Shown here one piece after another: positions 1 through 7,529 of a stretch of DNA of 32,000 nt. The position numbers were made by a program, and so were the translations under genes. The DNA is taken from the NCBI RefSeq assembly GCF_017876815.1, contig NZ_JAGIOS010000003.1:1320001-1352000 (forward strand), written 5' to 3'. A model generated the notes under the pieces. The model saw nothing but the letters and a program-made list of their open reading frames with translations. It made no database searches and was not told where the DNA came from. Every line of letters begins with the position of its first letter. Positions within the stretch are counted from its first letter, which is position 1. This DNA comes from Sinorhizobium meliloti. Lineage in GTDB: Bacteria > Pseudomonadota > Alphaproteobacteria > Rhizobiales > Rhizobiaceae.

Positions 1-323
1 TCGGTTCTTTGGCTAAAGTTGCCAATTATCCATCCCACAACTGAGAGCGTGCTGAAAAAAGTCTTTTGCCAATCGCCCGTCGCTGCATGCCTGTTGAAAT
101 GTTTGTCAGCAGCCAGCTGGGCGAAGAGAAGTGAGTTGCTGATGTCATCGATCATCTGTTTTGCAAGACCATCGTCAAAAGCTAGCAGTGCCCCTTCATT
201 AACCTGTGCTGAAGGCGCTCCTGCCGGCGAGAACTGCGTCGCTTCGGATGTTGAACCAGTCTCAAGCAAGCGCTCCCGCGCAGAAGGATCAGAGAGCGTA
301 ATCTCATTGAAATCTACGGACAT
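1..323 (-). CDS. hypothetical protein, N-terminal part only (runs off left edge); paralog of the adjacent 258-aa gene
   Basis: Absent from the ORF track because it has no stop in the window. Reverse-strand ATG at 323 opens a stop-free frame to base 1: MSVDFNEITLSDPSARERLLETGSTSEATQFSPAGAPSAQVNEGALLAFDDGLAKQMIDDISNSLLFAQLAADKHFNRHAATGDWQKTFFSTLSVVGWIIGNFSQRT. It aligns with the 483..1259 product (SAQVNEGAL vs TAQVNAGSL; NSLLFAQLAADKHF vs NSTLFAQLASDRAY; DWQKTF..VGW vs DWYKNY..IGW). The + ORF 19..486 is its antisense shadow. Confidence 0.6.
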   Translation of the reverse strand, partial: MSVDFNEITLSDPSARERLLETGSTSEATQFSPAGAPSAQVNEGALLAFDDGLAKQMIDDISNSLLFAQLAADKHFNRHAATGDWQKTFFSTLSVVGWIIGNFSQRT

Positions 324-482
324 CACAGGTCTCTTGCTCAGTTTGGGGCGACACACAAGCGCGCTCTCGGCGCAGACTTGGAAGACGCCAGGTGGGACAA
401 CAATAGATGTGAACGGGCGGTCGTGGCCATCCCCGCAGCTTCTAAATCGGCGACGGCCACGACGTTGTGTCTGCGTCTGGCG

Positions 483-1259
483 TTAAATGGGAATGTCTGC
501 GACTAACTGCGCGGCGCGATCACCGAGTTTATCGATAACAGCCTGCCGAACCTGCGAATAGACGCTATCGTTGAGCACGAATTTGTTGGCAGCGCGCTGT
601 ATGCGGATGCTAGAGGATTCCCATGTCCACCACAAGAACCGGGAATGAGTGGTGGATGCATTGAACTGCATGCCATCAAGCACCATCACGACGTCCCCGT
701 TGGGCAGAGCATCGACCGGAAATATTTGGAAATTCCCGTTGTTGCCGTCATTCGACTTTGCATCCCAAATGGTCATTTGTTTTGAATCGTCGCTGAGACC
801 CTTGAGGCCATTCATCGTCGCCTCTACCATGGCGATCTCGTCTCCGGTTGCAATCGCGGCGAGGATACCCAAGACCGCCTCGTTGAGTTGAACCGTCGAA
901 CCTCCAGAGGTATAGGTATCGAAAGCAAAGCCCGGCTGGTTCCAGCCAATTTGACCTAGGACATTAATGTAGTTCTTGTACCAGTCCATGGGCGAGTTAT
1001 AACGATCATAAGCGCGGTCTGACGCCAGTTGCGCAAAAAGGGTCGAGTTCTGCACGTCACTTTTGTTCTGGCCAGAAAGATTCTGGGTGAACGAAGTCAG
1101 ACTTCCCGCGTTGACTTGGGCAGTTTGTTTTTTATCTGCCAAAGAGCGGATTGGCGCGGCAGCGTGAGGGAGACCCCGCAGCTTATCCAGCAGCTCCCCA
1201 AGATCGTCGTCGCTAGGAAGTTTTGTTACGGATACGAATTTCAAAGCAGCCGAAGTCAT
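483..1259 (-). CDS. hypothetical protein (258 aa), family not recognised
   Basis: Long ORF with protein-like composition. Overlapping + strand ORFs are short and low-complexity. A paralogous gene lies immediately downstream on the same strand and in the same frame. Confidence 0.7.
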   Translation of the reverse strand: MTSAALKFVSVTKLPSDDDLGELLDKLRGLPHAAAPIRSLADKKQTAQVNAGSLTSFTQNLSGQNKSDVQNSTLFAQLASDRAYDRYNSPMDWYKNYINVLGQIGWNQPGFAFDTYTSGGSTVQLNEAVLGILAAIATGDEIAMVEATMNGLKGLSDDSKQMTIWDAKSNDGNNGNFQIFPVDALPNGDVVMVLDGMQFNASTTHSRFLWWTWESSSIRIQRAANKFVLNDSVYSQVRQAVIDKLGDRAAQLVADIPI

Positions 1260-1739
1260 TTACCAGTCTCCTATCCTTAGAGTGGCAGGCGTGGAATGAT
1301 TTATTTCGATGTGCAGCAGATCGCAGACGTGCGTTGAGCCCGTCAGTTCTACCCCTTGAGAGAGTGGACTTTATCGGATTTTGGAAGCCGTTAAAGAACA
1401 AGAGCGAGCCCTTAACGTCTACCCACGGGCGAGCCTTGCATTTAAATACACTACCTGGGCGCCGCTTGTTTGGCAACCATAAATAGTACCATTAATACTA
1501 TGTGGATCACAGATGGTACCCCTAGCTATCTACTGAGTTCAGAGCAGCAACGAAACAGAAGACCTCGATACGACGAGGCTTCGTAAGCGGCAAGGAGACC
1601 CCATCTGGCGTAGGGGTTGGCGGTCGGATATCGGTAGCACACGTTGTGAGCCGAAGTGAGCTTCTATGTCTGCGCCTAGTTCTGGAACTAGAACCTTCCA
1701 TATGATCGAAGCGGTCGCCGAGCGACTTGAGGGGTGATC

Positions 1740-2195
1740 TGAACCCTTCAAACTGGACCGATTTTGGTTAGAGTTTTCCGGTGATTTTTCCTGGGAAAGG
1801 GACGGAAGGCGATGAAGGCATGGCAATTTCGAACGCGCAGAAAGCGTTCATTCTGAAGCAGGGTGATGAAGGGTGACGGTTGCGGAGATCTGCCGCAAGG
1901 CGGGGATCAGCCAGGCGACCTACTTCAATTGGAAAAAGAAATATGCCGGTCTGTTGCCGCCGGAGATGGAAGCTGAAGCAGCTCGAGGACGAGAATGCGA
2001 GATTGAAGAAGATCGTTGCGGACCTGACGCTGGGCCGCGAGATGCTGCAGGATGTCATTCGGCGAAAGCTTTAAGGCCTGCTCGGAAGCGGGAGGTAGCA
2101 AGGGTATGTGCCGCGATTGGACGATCTCGATCCGGCCTGCATGCGGTGCACTCGACTTTGATCGGTCGACCTACCATCACACCTCCCGTCGTGCC
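1740..2195 (+). mobile_element. IS3-family insertion sequence remnant: left end, frameshifted orfA, stub of orfB, 3' part missing
   Basis: TG-initiated putative left end (TGAACCCTTCAAACTGG) lies 80 bp before the orfA ATG at 1820. The orfA product reads MAISNAQKAFILKQGDEG / VAEICRKAGISQATYFNWKKKYAGLLPPEM / KLKQLEDENARLKKIVADLTLGREMLQDVIRRKL across three frames (HTH plus leucine zipper typical of IS3 OrfA). A short OrfB-like stub follows (ACGALDFDRSTYHHTSRR), and homology then stops where the precursor repeat begins. Confidence 0.8.
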
Positions 2196-2321
2196 GTGAT
2201 CCAAGCGACTAAGTAGGATCCCTTAGTGGTTCACGCGAATTTCTTTAAGTCCGCAAAAATGGCACTTTGCGCGCACATCAGATCCGCCGAGGATTTGATG
2301 CCAACTGATGGAGAAAGTCTA

Positions 2322-2555
2322 ATGGGTTCCATTGATGATTTTCGCAGCAAGCTGGCTACCGACAGCGCCTTTGCAGCGGCAGTGAAGGCCTGCTCCACCC
2401 CGGATGCGATCGTGAATGCTGCCAAGGACGCCGGTATCGACCTCAGCCACAATGATCTGGCCAAGGCGATCGCGGCGGGAAGCCCGAATCTGACGGATGA
2501 AGATCTGGAGTCGGTATCCTCCGGCACCATCATGGCCGCAGCGCTGGTCAAGTAA
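2322..2555 (+). CDS. RiPP precursor peptide, Nif11-like leader, copy 1 (77 aa)
   Basis: MGSIDDFRSKLATDSAFAAAVKACSTPDAIVNAAKDAGIDLSHNDLAKAIAAGSPNLTDEDLESVSSG/TIMAAALVK. It matches the Nif11-type leader pattern (M..eqLkaF..kv..D..l...lka..tpe.vv..Ak.aGf.l...dl......LsdEeLE.VaGG). GGAG lies 8 nt upstream of the ATG. An alternative ATG 24 nt upstream (MPTDGESL..) follows GAGGA. Confidence 0.85.
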   Translation: MGSIDDFRSKLATDSAFAAAVKACSTPDAIVNAAKDAGIDLSHNDLAKAIAAGSPNLTDEDLESVSSGTIMAAALVK

Positions 2556-2570
2556 TCAGTGTGACGGTTC

Positions 2571-2602
2571 GGCCAGGTGCGTGCGCCAAGCCGCACCTGG
2601 CC
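2571..2602 (+). promoter_or_regulatory. Stem-loop 15 nt after the precursor stop (11-bp perfect stem, 10-nt loop), copy 1
   Basis: ggccaggtgcg-tgcgccaagc-cgcacctggcc. No U-tract follows, so an attenuator or mRNA-stabilising/processing hairpin is more likely than a strong intrinsic terminator. Confidence 0.5.
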
Positions 2603-2864
2603 TCTCCAGATGAACACGCTTGCTCTAATATCTTGGAGCCCGAGCCCTCCTGCTCCTGAACGAGCTTGTCGGCACTTCAAGCGCATGTCGAGAACATGAT
2701 TTTGACGAAGCCGTTCAGCGGTCCCCGACCTGCTCGGCGTGATCGAAGCGCCTAAGTGGTATCCCTTAGTGGTTCACCCGAATTTCTTTAAGTCCGCAAA
2801 AGTGGCACTTTGCGCTCACATCAGATCCGCCGAGGATTTGATGCCAACTGATGGAGAAAGTCTA

Positions 2865-3098
2865 ATGGGTTCCATTGATGATTTTCGCAGCAAGCTGGCT
2901 ACCGACAGCGCCTTTGCAGCGGCGGTGAAAGCCTGCTCCACCCCGGATGCGATCGTGAATGCTGCCAAGGACGCCGGTATCGACCTCAGCCACAACGATC
3001 TGGCCAAGGCGATCGCGGCAGGAAGCCCGAATCTGACGGATGAAGATCTGGAGTCGGTATCCTCCGGCACCATCATGGCCGCAGCGCTGGTCAAGTAA
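2865..3098 (+). CDS. RiPP precursor peptide, Nif11-like leader, copy 2 (77 aa, identical peptide)
   Basis: Same peptide as copy 1. It differs from copy 1 at four third-codon positions only (gca/gcg, aag/aaa, aat/aac, gcg/gca). Confidence 0.85.
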   Translation: MGSIDDFRSKLATDSAFAAAVKACSTPDAIVNAAKDAGIDLSHNDLAKAIAAGSPNLTDEDLESVSSGTIMAAALVK

Positions 3099-3113
3099 TC
3101 AGTGTGACGGTTC

Positions 3114-3145
3114 GGCCAGGTGCGTGCGCCAAGCCGCACCTGGCC
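3114..3145 (+). promoter_or_regulatory. Post-precursor stem-loop, copy 2
   Basis: Identical hairpin sequence to 2571..2602. Confidence 0.5.
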
Positions 3146-3406
3146 TCTCCAGATGAACACGCTTGCTCTAATATCTTGGAGCCCGAGCCCTCCTGCTCGT
3201 GAACGAGCTTGTCGGCACTTCAAGCGCATGTCGAGAACATGATTTTGACGAAGCCGTTCAGTGGTCCCGACCTGCTCGGCGTGATCGAAGCGCCTAAGTG
3301 GTATCCCTTAGTGGTTCACCCGAATTTCTTTAAGTCCGCAAAAATGGCACTTTGCGCTCACATCAGATCCGCCGAGGATTTGATGCCAACTGATGGAGAA
3401 AGTCTA

Positions 3407-3640
3407 ATGGGTTCCATTGATGATTTTCGCAGCAAGCTGGCTACCGACAGCGCCTTTGCAGCGGCGGTGAAAGCCTGCTCCACCCCGGATGCGATCGTGA
3501 ATGCTGCCAAGGACGCCGGTATCGACCTCAGCCACAACGATCTGGCCAAGGCGATCGCGGCAGGAAGCCCGAATCTGACGGATGAAGATCTGGAGTCGGT
3601 ATCCTCCGGCACCATCATGGCCGCAGCGCTGGTCAAGTAA
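3407..3640 (+). CDS. RiPP precursor peptide, Nif11-like leader, copy 3 (77 aa, identical peptide)
   Basis: Coding sequence identical to copy 2, with the same GGAG Shine-Dalgarno. Confidence 0.85.
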   Translation: MGSIDDFRSKLATDSAFAAAVKACSTPDAIVNAAKDAGIDLSHNDLAKAIAAGSPNLTDEDLESVSSGTIMAAALVK

Positions 3641-3655
3641 TCAGTGTGACGGTTC

Positions 3656-3687
3656 GGCCAGGTGCGTGCGCCAAGCCGCACCTGGCC
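3656..3687 (+). promoter_or_regulatory. Post-precursor stem-loop, copy 3, 24 nt before the first YcaO gene
   Basis: Identical hairpin sequence. It lies between the last precursor and the enzyme genes. Confidence 0.5.
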
Positions 3688-3710
3688 TCTCCAGATGAAG
3701 GGGCACCGAC

Positions 3711-4901
3711 GTGACCACTCCCGCCATCGGCACTAGAAATCGCAGGCAAGAATCAAGAATAATGACAGCATGTAACAGTTTGGGAACTTCGATTCGCAAT
3801 GTATCCGCAAGTCATACGCTTGCCGCGATCCAGCCACTTCTCGGACGTTACGACATCAGCGGATTTGCCGATCATTCGCCAAAGGGTGCAGAAACTCTGA
3901 AGTTTATAGAGGTCGTGCGCGGCAATCCGCGTTCGGGACATCTTAATCTCGGGAAAGGCTTTAGCTTCGAGACGGCACTTGCCTCGGGATACATGGAAGC
4001 CATCGAGATGAGTACGGTTGAAGGTCCGCCCGAGATCGCGTTGCATGCGCTTCCTCGATCCGCGCTTCTTTATACCGGGGGCGGAAAGCCGCCGGAGCCG
4101 GATGCGGCGCCCATGATCCGTGGCGTTGACCTGTTGTCGGCAGAGCCGGTTTACAGCCCTGTCTATGAACATTTCCTGTCGCCTGCCCCCTCGGCGCGGT
4201 CTGTTTCCGTCAACGGCTTGGCCAGCGGAAACACGGTCGAGGAAGCCAGTTTACATTGTCTCTATGAACTGATCGAACGCGACTTGACTGCCCAATCCCT
4301 CCGCGACCCGGTGCTGGTGCAGCAGCTTCTCCTCAGCGACATTCCAGCGCCCATTTCCAACGCCCTGACGGAACTGGAAGCGTTCGGACTACACGCCGAA
4401 TTCTATCTTCTGGGGCAGTTCCTCGGCGTCACTGTGCTTCAATGTGCGCTTGTAAAAACCGGATCCGGTGGCGAGGTCTATTATGGCTGGGGCGCTCATC
4501 ACTTCCGAGCCATTGCCATTTCTCGTGCCATGACAGAAGCCGTGCAGGCCTGGTGTACGCGCGAGGCATGCAGAGCGCAGACGCTTCCTCTTTCGCGCAT
4601 GCCTGGCGGGGTCATGGTCTCTGCCGAGGTTCTGAAGCTTTTGAGGGAACCTGTTACGAAGGGCGAACGTCAGTTGCGGCGGCGCTTCATCGCCTGCCCG
4701 AGCGTTGCCTATTCGCTCACCGATCAGGATGAGCAGGCACCGGCATCGCCAACGGCTGCCCTGAACCACCTTCTCTCGTCGGCGCGGGACGCCGGCATCC
4801 GTCATGTCTTTGCCTGGACGCTATCCCCGCCAGACCGTCCATTTGCCGTCGTCAAATGTGCCGTCCCCGGATTCGAAACTCCATTTGAGGTGGACGCGTG
4901 A
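3711..4901 (+). CDS. ycaO: YcaO-domain protein 1 (396 aa)
   Basis: YcaO signatures GKGFSFETALASGYMEAIEMSTVE and NGLASGNTVEEASLHCLYELIERD. GTG start is preceded by GAAGGGG (alternative ATG at 3762). Its stop overlaps the TfuA start. Confidence 0.85.
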   Translation: MTTPAIGTRNRRQESRIMTACNSLGTSIRNVSASHTLAAIQPLLGRYDISGFADHSPKGAETLKFIEVVRGNPRSGHLNLGKGFSFETALASGYMEAIEMSTVEGPPEIALHALPRSALLYTGGGKPPEPDAAPMIRGVDLLSAEPVYSPVYEHFLSPAPSARSVSVNGLASGNTVEEASLHCLYELIERDLTAQSLRDPVLVQQLLLSDIPAPISNALTELEAFGLHAEFYLLGQFLGVTVLQCALVKTGSGGEVYYGWGAHHFRAIAISRAMTEAVQAWCTREACRAQTLPLSRMPGGVMVSAEVLKLLREPVTKGERQLRRRFIACPSVAYSLTDQDEQAPASPTAALNHLLSSARDAGIRHVFAWTLSPPDRPFAVVKCAVPGFETPFEVDA

Positions 4902-6271
4902 TGGTTGTCGAGACCAACAATGAGATTGCCGTTTTTCTGGGCCCGTCCTGCTCGATTGAAGAAGCTAAAAGCATCCTGCCGGAGGCAGATTACTTTCCGC
5001 CCGCGGCTCGTGGCTCCATCTACGGTATTATCAATGATGGATACCGGATGATCGTCCTTCTCGACGGTCTGTTCTACGGACAATATTCTGTTTGGCATAA
5101 GGAACTCCTGTTCGCCCTGGATTGCGGCATTGAAGTAATCGGCGCAACGAGCATGGGTGCCCTGCGGGCGGCCGAACTGGACTGCGAGGGCGTGACCGGT
5201 GTCGGGCAGATCTACCAGTGGTTTCGTGACGGCGAAATCGATGGCGATGACGAAGTGGCTCTGCTCCACCAGAGTTCCGAGGGAGCTTACGCGCCTCTTT
5301 CCATCCCTCTCGCCAATTTGCGTTGGAATCTGCGCCTTGCCCGAAGAGAATGTATGATCGACGAGCAGCAGGAAGCGCGGATTCTGGACCATGCAAAGGC
5401 CCTGTGTTTCCAGGACCGAATGATGGAGGTCGTGCTTTCGCCGCTGGCAAAGGAACTGGATGTTTCTGGCTTGCAAAAATGGCTTGAAACGCATGGAGAG
5501 GATCTAAAAAAAAGGGATTGCTTAGAAGCGTTGCACTTTGCCGCCAGCCGGATCGCGACCCTTGGCCCCGCGCAGCCTCCCCGTCTTCGCGCCTATGAGA
5601 CGGTGCATACGCTGATCGGCATCGAGTATTTCAAGCACGAGCGGTTGAATGCCATCTGCGCAAAACGGCAAGGCAAGGCCATGCCGCTCTCGCAGTACAC
5701 CGAGCGAGTTGCCGTGGGAGATCCCTCCTATCGTAGCTATCTGCGCGCTCGCGCTTGCCAGCGCCTTATCAATGGCTGGGCTCGGGAACTTCACCTCGAA
5801 ATCACCCCGGCGCCCATTCTGCCCCAATGGTTACCCAATCGGTTTGACCTCGCTCACCGCAGGGCAACCGGCCTGACGCTAATCGACATTGCACGTGAGG
5901 GACGGGAAGCCGCCTTCACCGCAGGCGTCATCGGATCTCTCTCATCACCCGGCAGCCGCAGCCTCGTCTCCGATATTGACCGGCAACTGGCAGAGGCAGG
6001 TTTCTCGGCATGGGGCGCGGGAGCCGAAATCACACATTTGGATGGCCGCCTTGTTTATACGCTTCGTCGCCTGGGGCGCGAAAAGGGCATTTTGCCGGAC
6101 GAGAATGAAGATGCAGATACCGCCGAAGCGGCGCTCCACTACCTTGAATGGGTCTATCGCACCGGCTTGCAGCACTTCGGCTACACATTTGACGCGGCAA
6201 CCGAAATCCTCCTGGCACACCAATTTGCCGATCGACTTGACGACATTCTCGGATTGAGGGCTGCATCATGA
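4898..6271 (+). CDS. tfuA: TfuA-like protein with about 240-aa C-terminal extension (457 aa)
   Basis: The N-terminal 200 aa carry the TfuA pattern: IAVFLGPSCS..A..ILP.A.YFPPAARGSIY..., LLDGLFYGQYSVWHKELLFALDCGIEVIGATSMGALRAAEL, GVGQIYQWFRDGEIDGDDEVAL. GTG 4898 / ATG 4901 overlap the YcaO1 stop (4899-4901). ATGA overlap with YcaO2 at 6268-6271. Confidence 0.85.
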   Translation: MMVVETNNEIAVFLGPSCSIEEAKSILPEADYFPPAARGSIYGIINDGYRMIVLLDGLFYGQYSVWHKELLFALDCGIEVIGATSMGALRAAELDCEGVTGVGQIYQWFRDGEIDGDDEVALLHQSSEGAYAPLSIPLANLRWNLRLARRECMIDEQQEARILDHAKALCFQDRMMEVVLSPLAKELDVSGLQKWLETHGEDLKKRDCLEALHFAASRIATLGPAQPPRLRAYETVHTLIGIEYFKHERLNAICAKRQGKAMPLSQYTERVAVGDPSYRSYLRARACQRLINGWARELHLEITPAPILPQWLPNRFDLAHRRATGLTLIDIAREGREAAFTAGVIGSLSSPGSRSLVSDIDRQLAEAGFSAWGAGAEITHLDGRLVYTLRRLGREKGILPDENEDADTAEAALHYLEWVYRTGLQHFGYTFDAATEILLAHQFADRLDDILGLRAAS

Positions 6272-7485
6272 ATGCTGTTGAGGAATACTCACAAGGAACC
6301 CAGCGCACCTATAATCCGGAAGAGACATTGCGGAGAATTGCGCCAGCGATGCGCACCTGCGGCATCAGCCGCGTTCTCGACGTCACCCATCTCGATCGAA
6401 TCGGCATCCCCACCTACAATGCCGTGCGCCCCAATGGAATGATCTTGTCCGTGTCCAATGGGAAAGGGTGGACGAAGGCCGCCGCATCCGTATCCGCAAT
6501 CATGGAGTCGATCGAGGTCGAGCACGCCGAATATCCGGATACCTCGGCCTGGCATCTGGCTCAAAGCGCGAAGGTACTGCGAAACCGGGGATATTCGGTC
6601 GTCGATGCGCCAACGCTCATCAGCGAGTGCCTCTGGCCCTCCGATACCTATGGCGGTCTCTACTACTCAGATGATCTTCGCCTCGATTGGGTCGAGGGAC
6701 GCGAGATCATCGAGTCTCGGCCAGTCCTGCTGCCGGCCAGCACCATCTATGTACGCGCGCCTTACGTGCATTATTTCACCAGCAATGGATTGGCGAGCGG
6801 CAACACCTGGGAAGAAGCAACGCTTCACGGCATCTGCGAGTTGATCGAACGCGATTCCACGGCGCGTCTCCTCGGTCGTCCCGAGGGCATGACCACATCA
6901 CGGTTGCTTCGGATCGAGCCAAAATCGATGCCTGAACATCTCGGGCACTTCTCGGAGAAAGTGGCGCAGGCCGGAATAGAGCTTTTCATGTTCGCTCTTC
7001 CGAGTGCCATCGATATCCATACATTCTGGGCTGTGTTCCATTGCCCGGGCGAGCCCAGTTTCATGCTGGCCACCTCGGCGGGCTTCGGGTGCCATACATC
7101 GCCGCAGATCGCCGCGTCTCGCGCCCTGACCGAAGCTGCCCAGTCGCGCCTGACCTATATTCACGGGGCGCGGGAGGATCTGGGGATAGACCACGTCAAT
7201 CGTCAACTGACCTGCGCGGAGACAGAAGCGCGATTGGCCTTGCAGGCGCGGACATTTGCCAAGTTTCGGCAGATCCCGACCGTCACCTGGGATGAACTTC
7301 TGGCCGTGGCGCCACATCGTGCCCGCGGGCGTACGATCCCGGAAAGCCTCTCCATGGTGCTGAGAATGTTGAAGGAGGCCGGACACGGTCAGGTCTATGT
7401 CCACGATCTGACGAAGCGCGGTCTAGACCTGGCCGTGACGAAGGCCTTCGTGCCGGGGCTCAAGGTCAGCGCGAAGATGATTTGA
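6268..7485 (+). CDS. ycaO: YcaO-domain protein 2 (405 aa)
   Basis: Canonical YcaO N-terminus (GISRVLDVTHLDRIGIPTYNAVRPNG..SVSNGKGWTKAAASVSAIMESIEVEHAE) and NGLASGNTWEEATLHGICELIERD. No Pro-rich azoline-type C-terminal tail. Confidence 0.9.
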   Translation: MNAVEEYSQGTQRTYNPEETLRRIAPAMRTCGISRVLDVTHLDRIGIPTYNAVRPNGMILSVSNGKGWTKAAASVSAIMESIEVEHAEYPDTSAWHLAQSAKVLRNRGYSVVDAPTLISECLWPSDTYGGLYYSDDLRLDWVEGREIIESRPVLLPASTIYVRAPYVHYFTSNGLASGNTWEEATLHGICELIERDSTARLLGRPEGMTTSRLLRIEPKSMPEHLGHFSEKVAQAGIELFMFALPSAIDIHTFWAVFHCPGEPSFMLATSAGFGCHTSPQIAASRALTEAAQSRLTYIHGAREDLGIDHVNRQLTCAETEARLALQARTFAKFRQIPTVTWDELLAVAPHRARGRTIPESLSMVLRMLKEAGHGQVYVHDLTKRGLDLAVTKAFVPGLKVSAKMI

Positions 7486-7529
7486 CTCTAGTGAAATGAC
7501 GATAATCGCGCGCCGCAACAGGCTGCGCA

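Larger units (their letters stand above)
2196..3699 (+). repeat. Tandem triplication (units of 543 and 542 bp plus a partial third) carrying the precursor gene cassette
   Basis: Precursor ATGs at 2322, 2865 and 3407. Units are near-identical from gtgatc (2196/2739) through ccagatgaa (ends 3699). The first unit's upstream part is replaced by the IS3 remnant. Confidence 0.95.

Noticed and set aside
19-486. 155-aa + strand ORF at the left edge
   Set aside because: It is the antisense shadow of the partial reverse-strand gene (1..323), which has a clear paralog next door. The + product is Ser/Ala/Cys-rich and not protein-like.
1500-1739. Structured-looking segment (several short palindromes, e.g. 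gttctggaac/tagaac) that might be a group II intron fragment or a rhizobial intergenic mosaic element
   Set aside because: I could not match domain V/VI or 5' GUGYG intron consensus, or any repeat family, from memory. It is left unannotated.
2260-2275. TGGCAC upstream of each precursor, suggestive of a sigma-54 -24 element (attractive given the Nif11 name)
   Set aside because: GG-N10-GC spacing is met, but the -12 region reads gcGC rather than TTGC. The match is too weak to call without data.
3209-3406. Long N-terminal extensions of the precursor ORFs (track ORFs 2226.., 2739.., 3209..)
   Set aside because: The extensions differ in length between copies. One copy has GTG where the others have ATG at an internal Met. 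Only the internal ATGs (2322/2865/3407) have a GGAG box and give a Nif11-like N-terminus. The open frame upstream is probably a relic of another gene.
2196-3699. Regular repeats that could be mistaken for a CRISPR-like array
   Set aside because: Units are about 542 bp and contain a complete coding cassette. There is no short repeat/spacer architecture.
3711-7485. Trifolitoxin (tfx/tfuA) locus of Rhizobium, since tfuA was named there
   Set aside because: The precursor here is a Nif11-type peptide unlike the TfxA I recall, no tfxB-G-like set is evident, and the gene content (LanM, ThiS/ThiF, C1 protease) is different.
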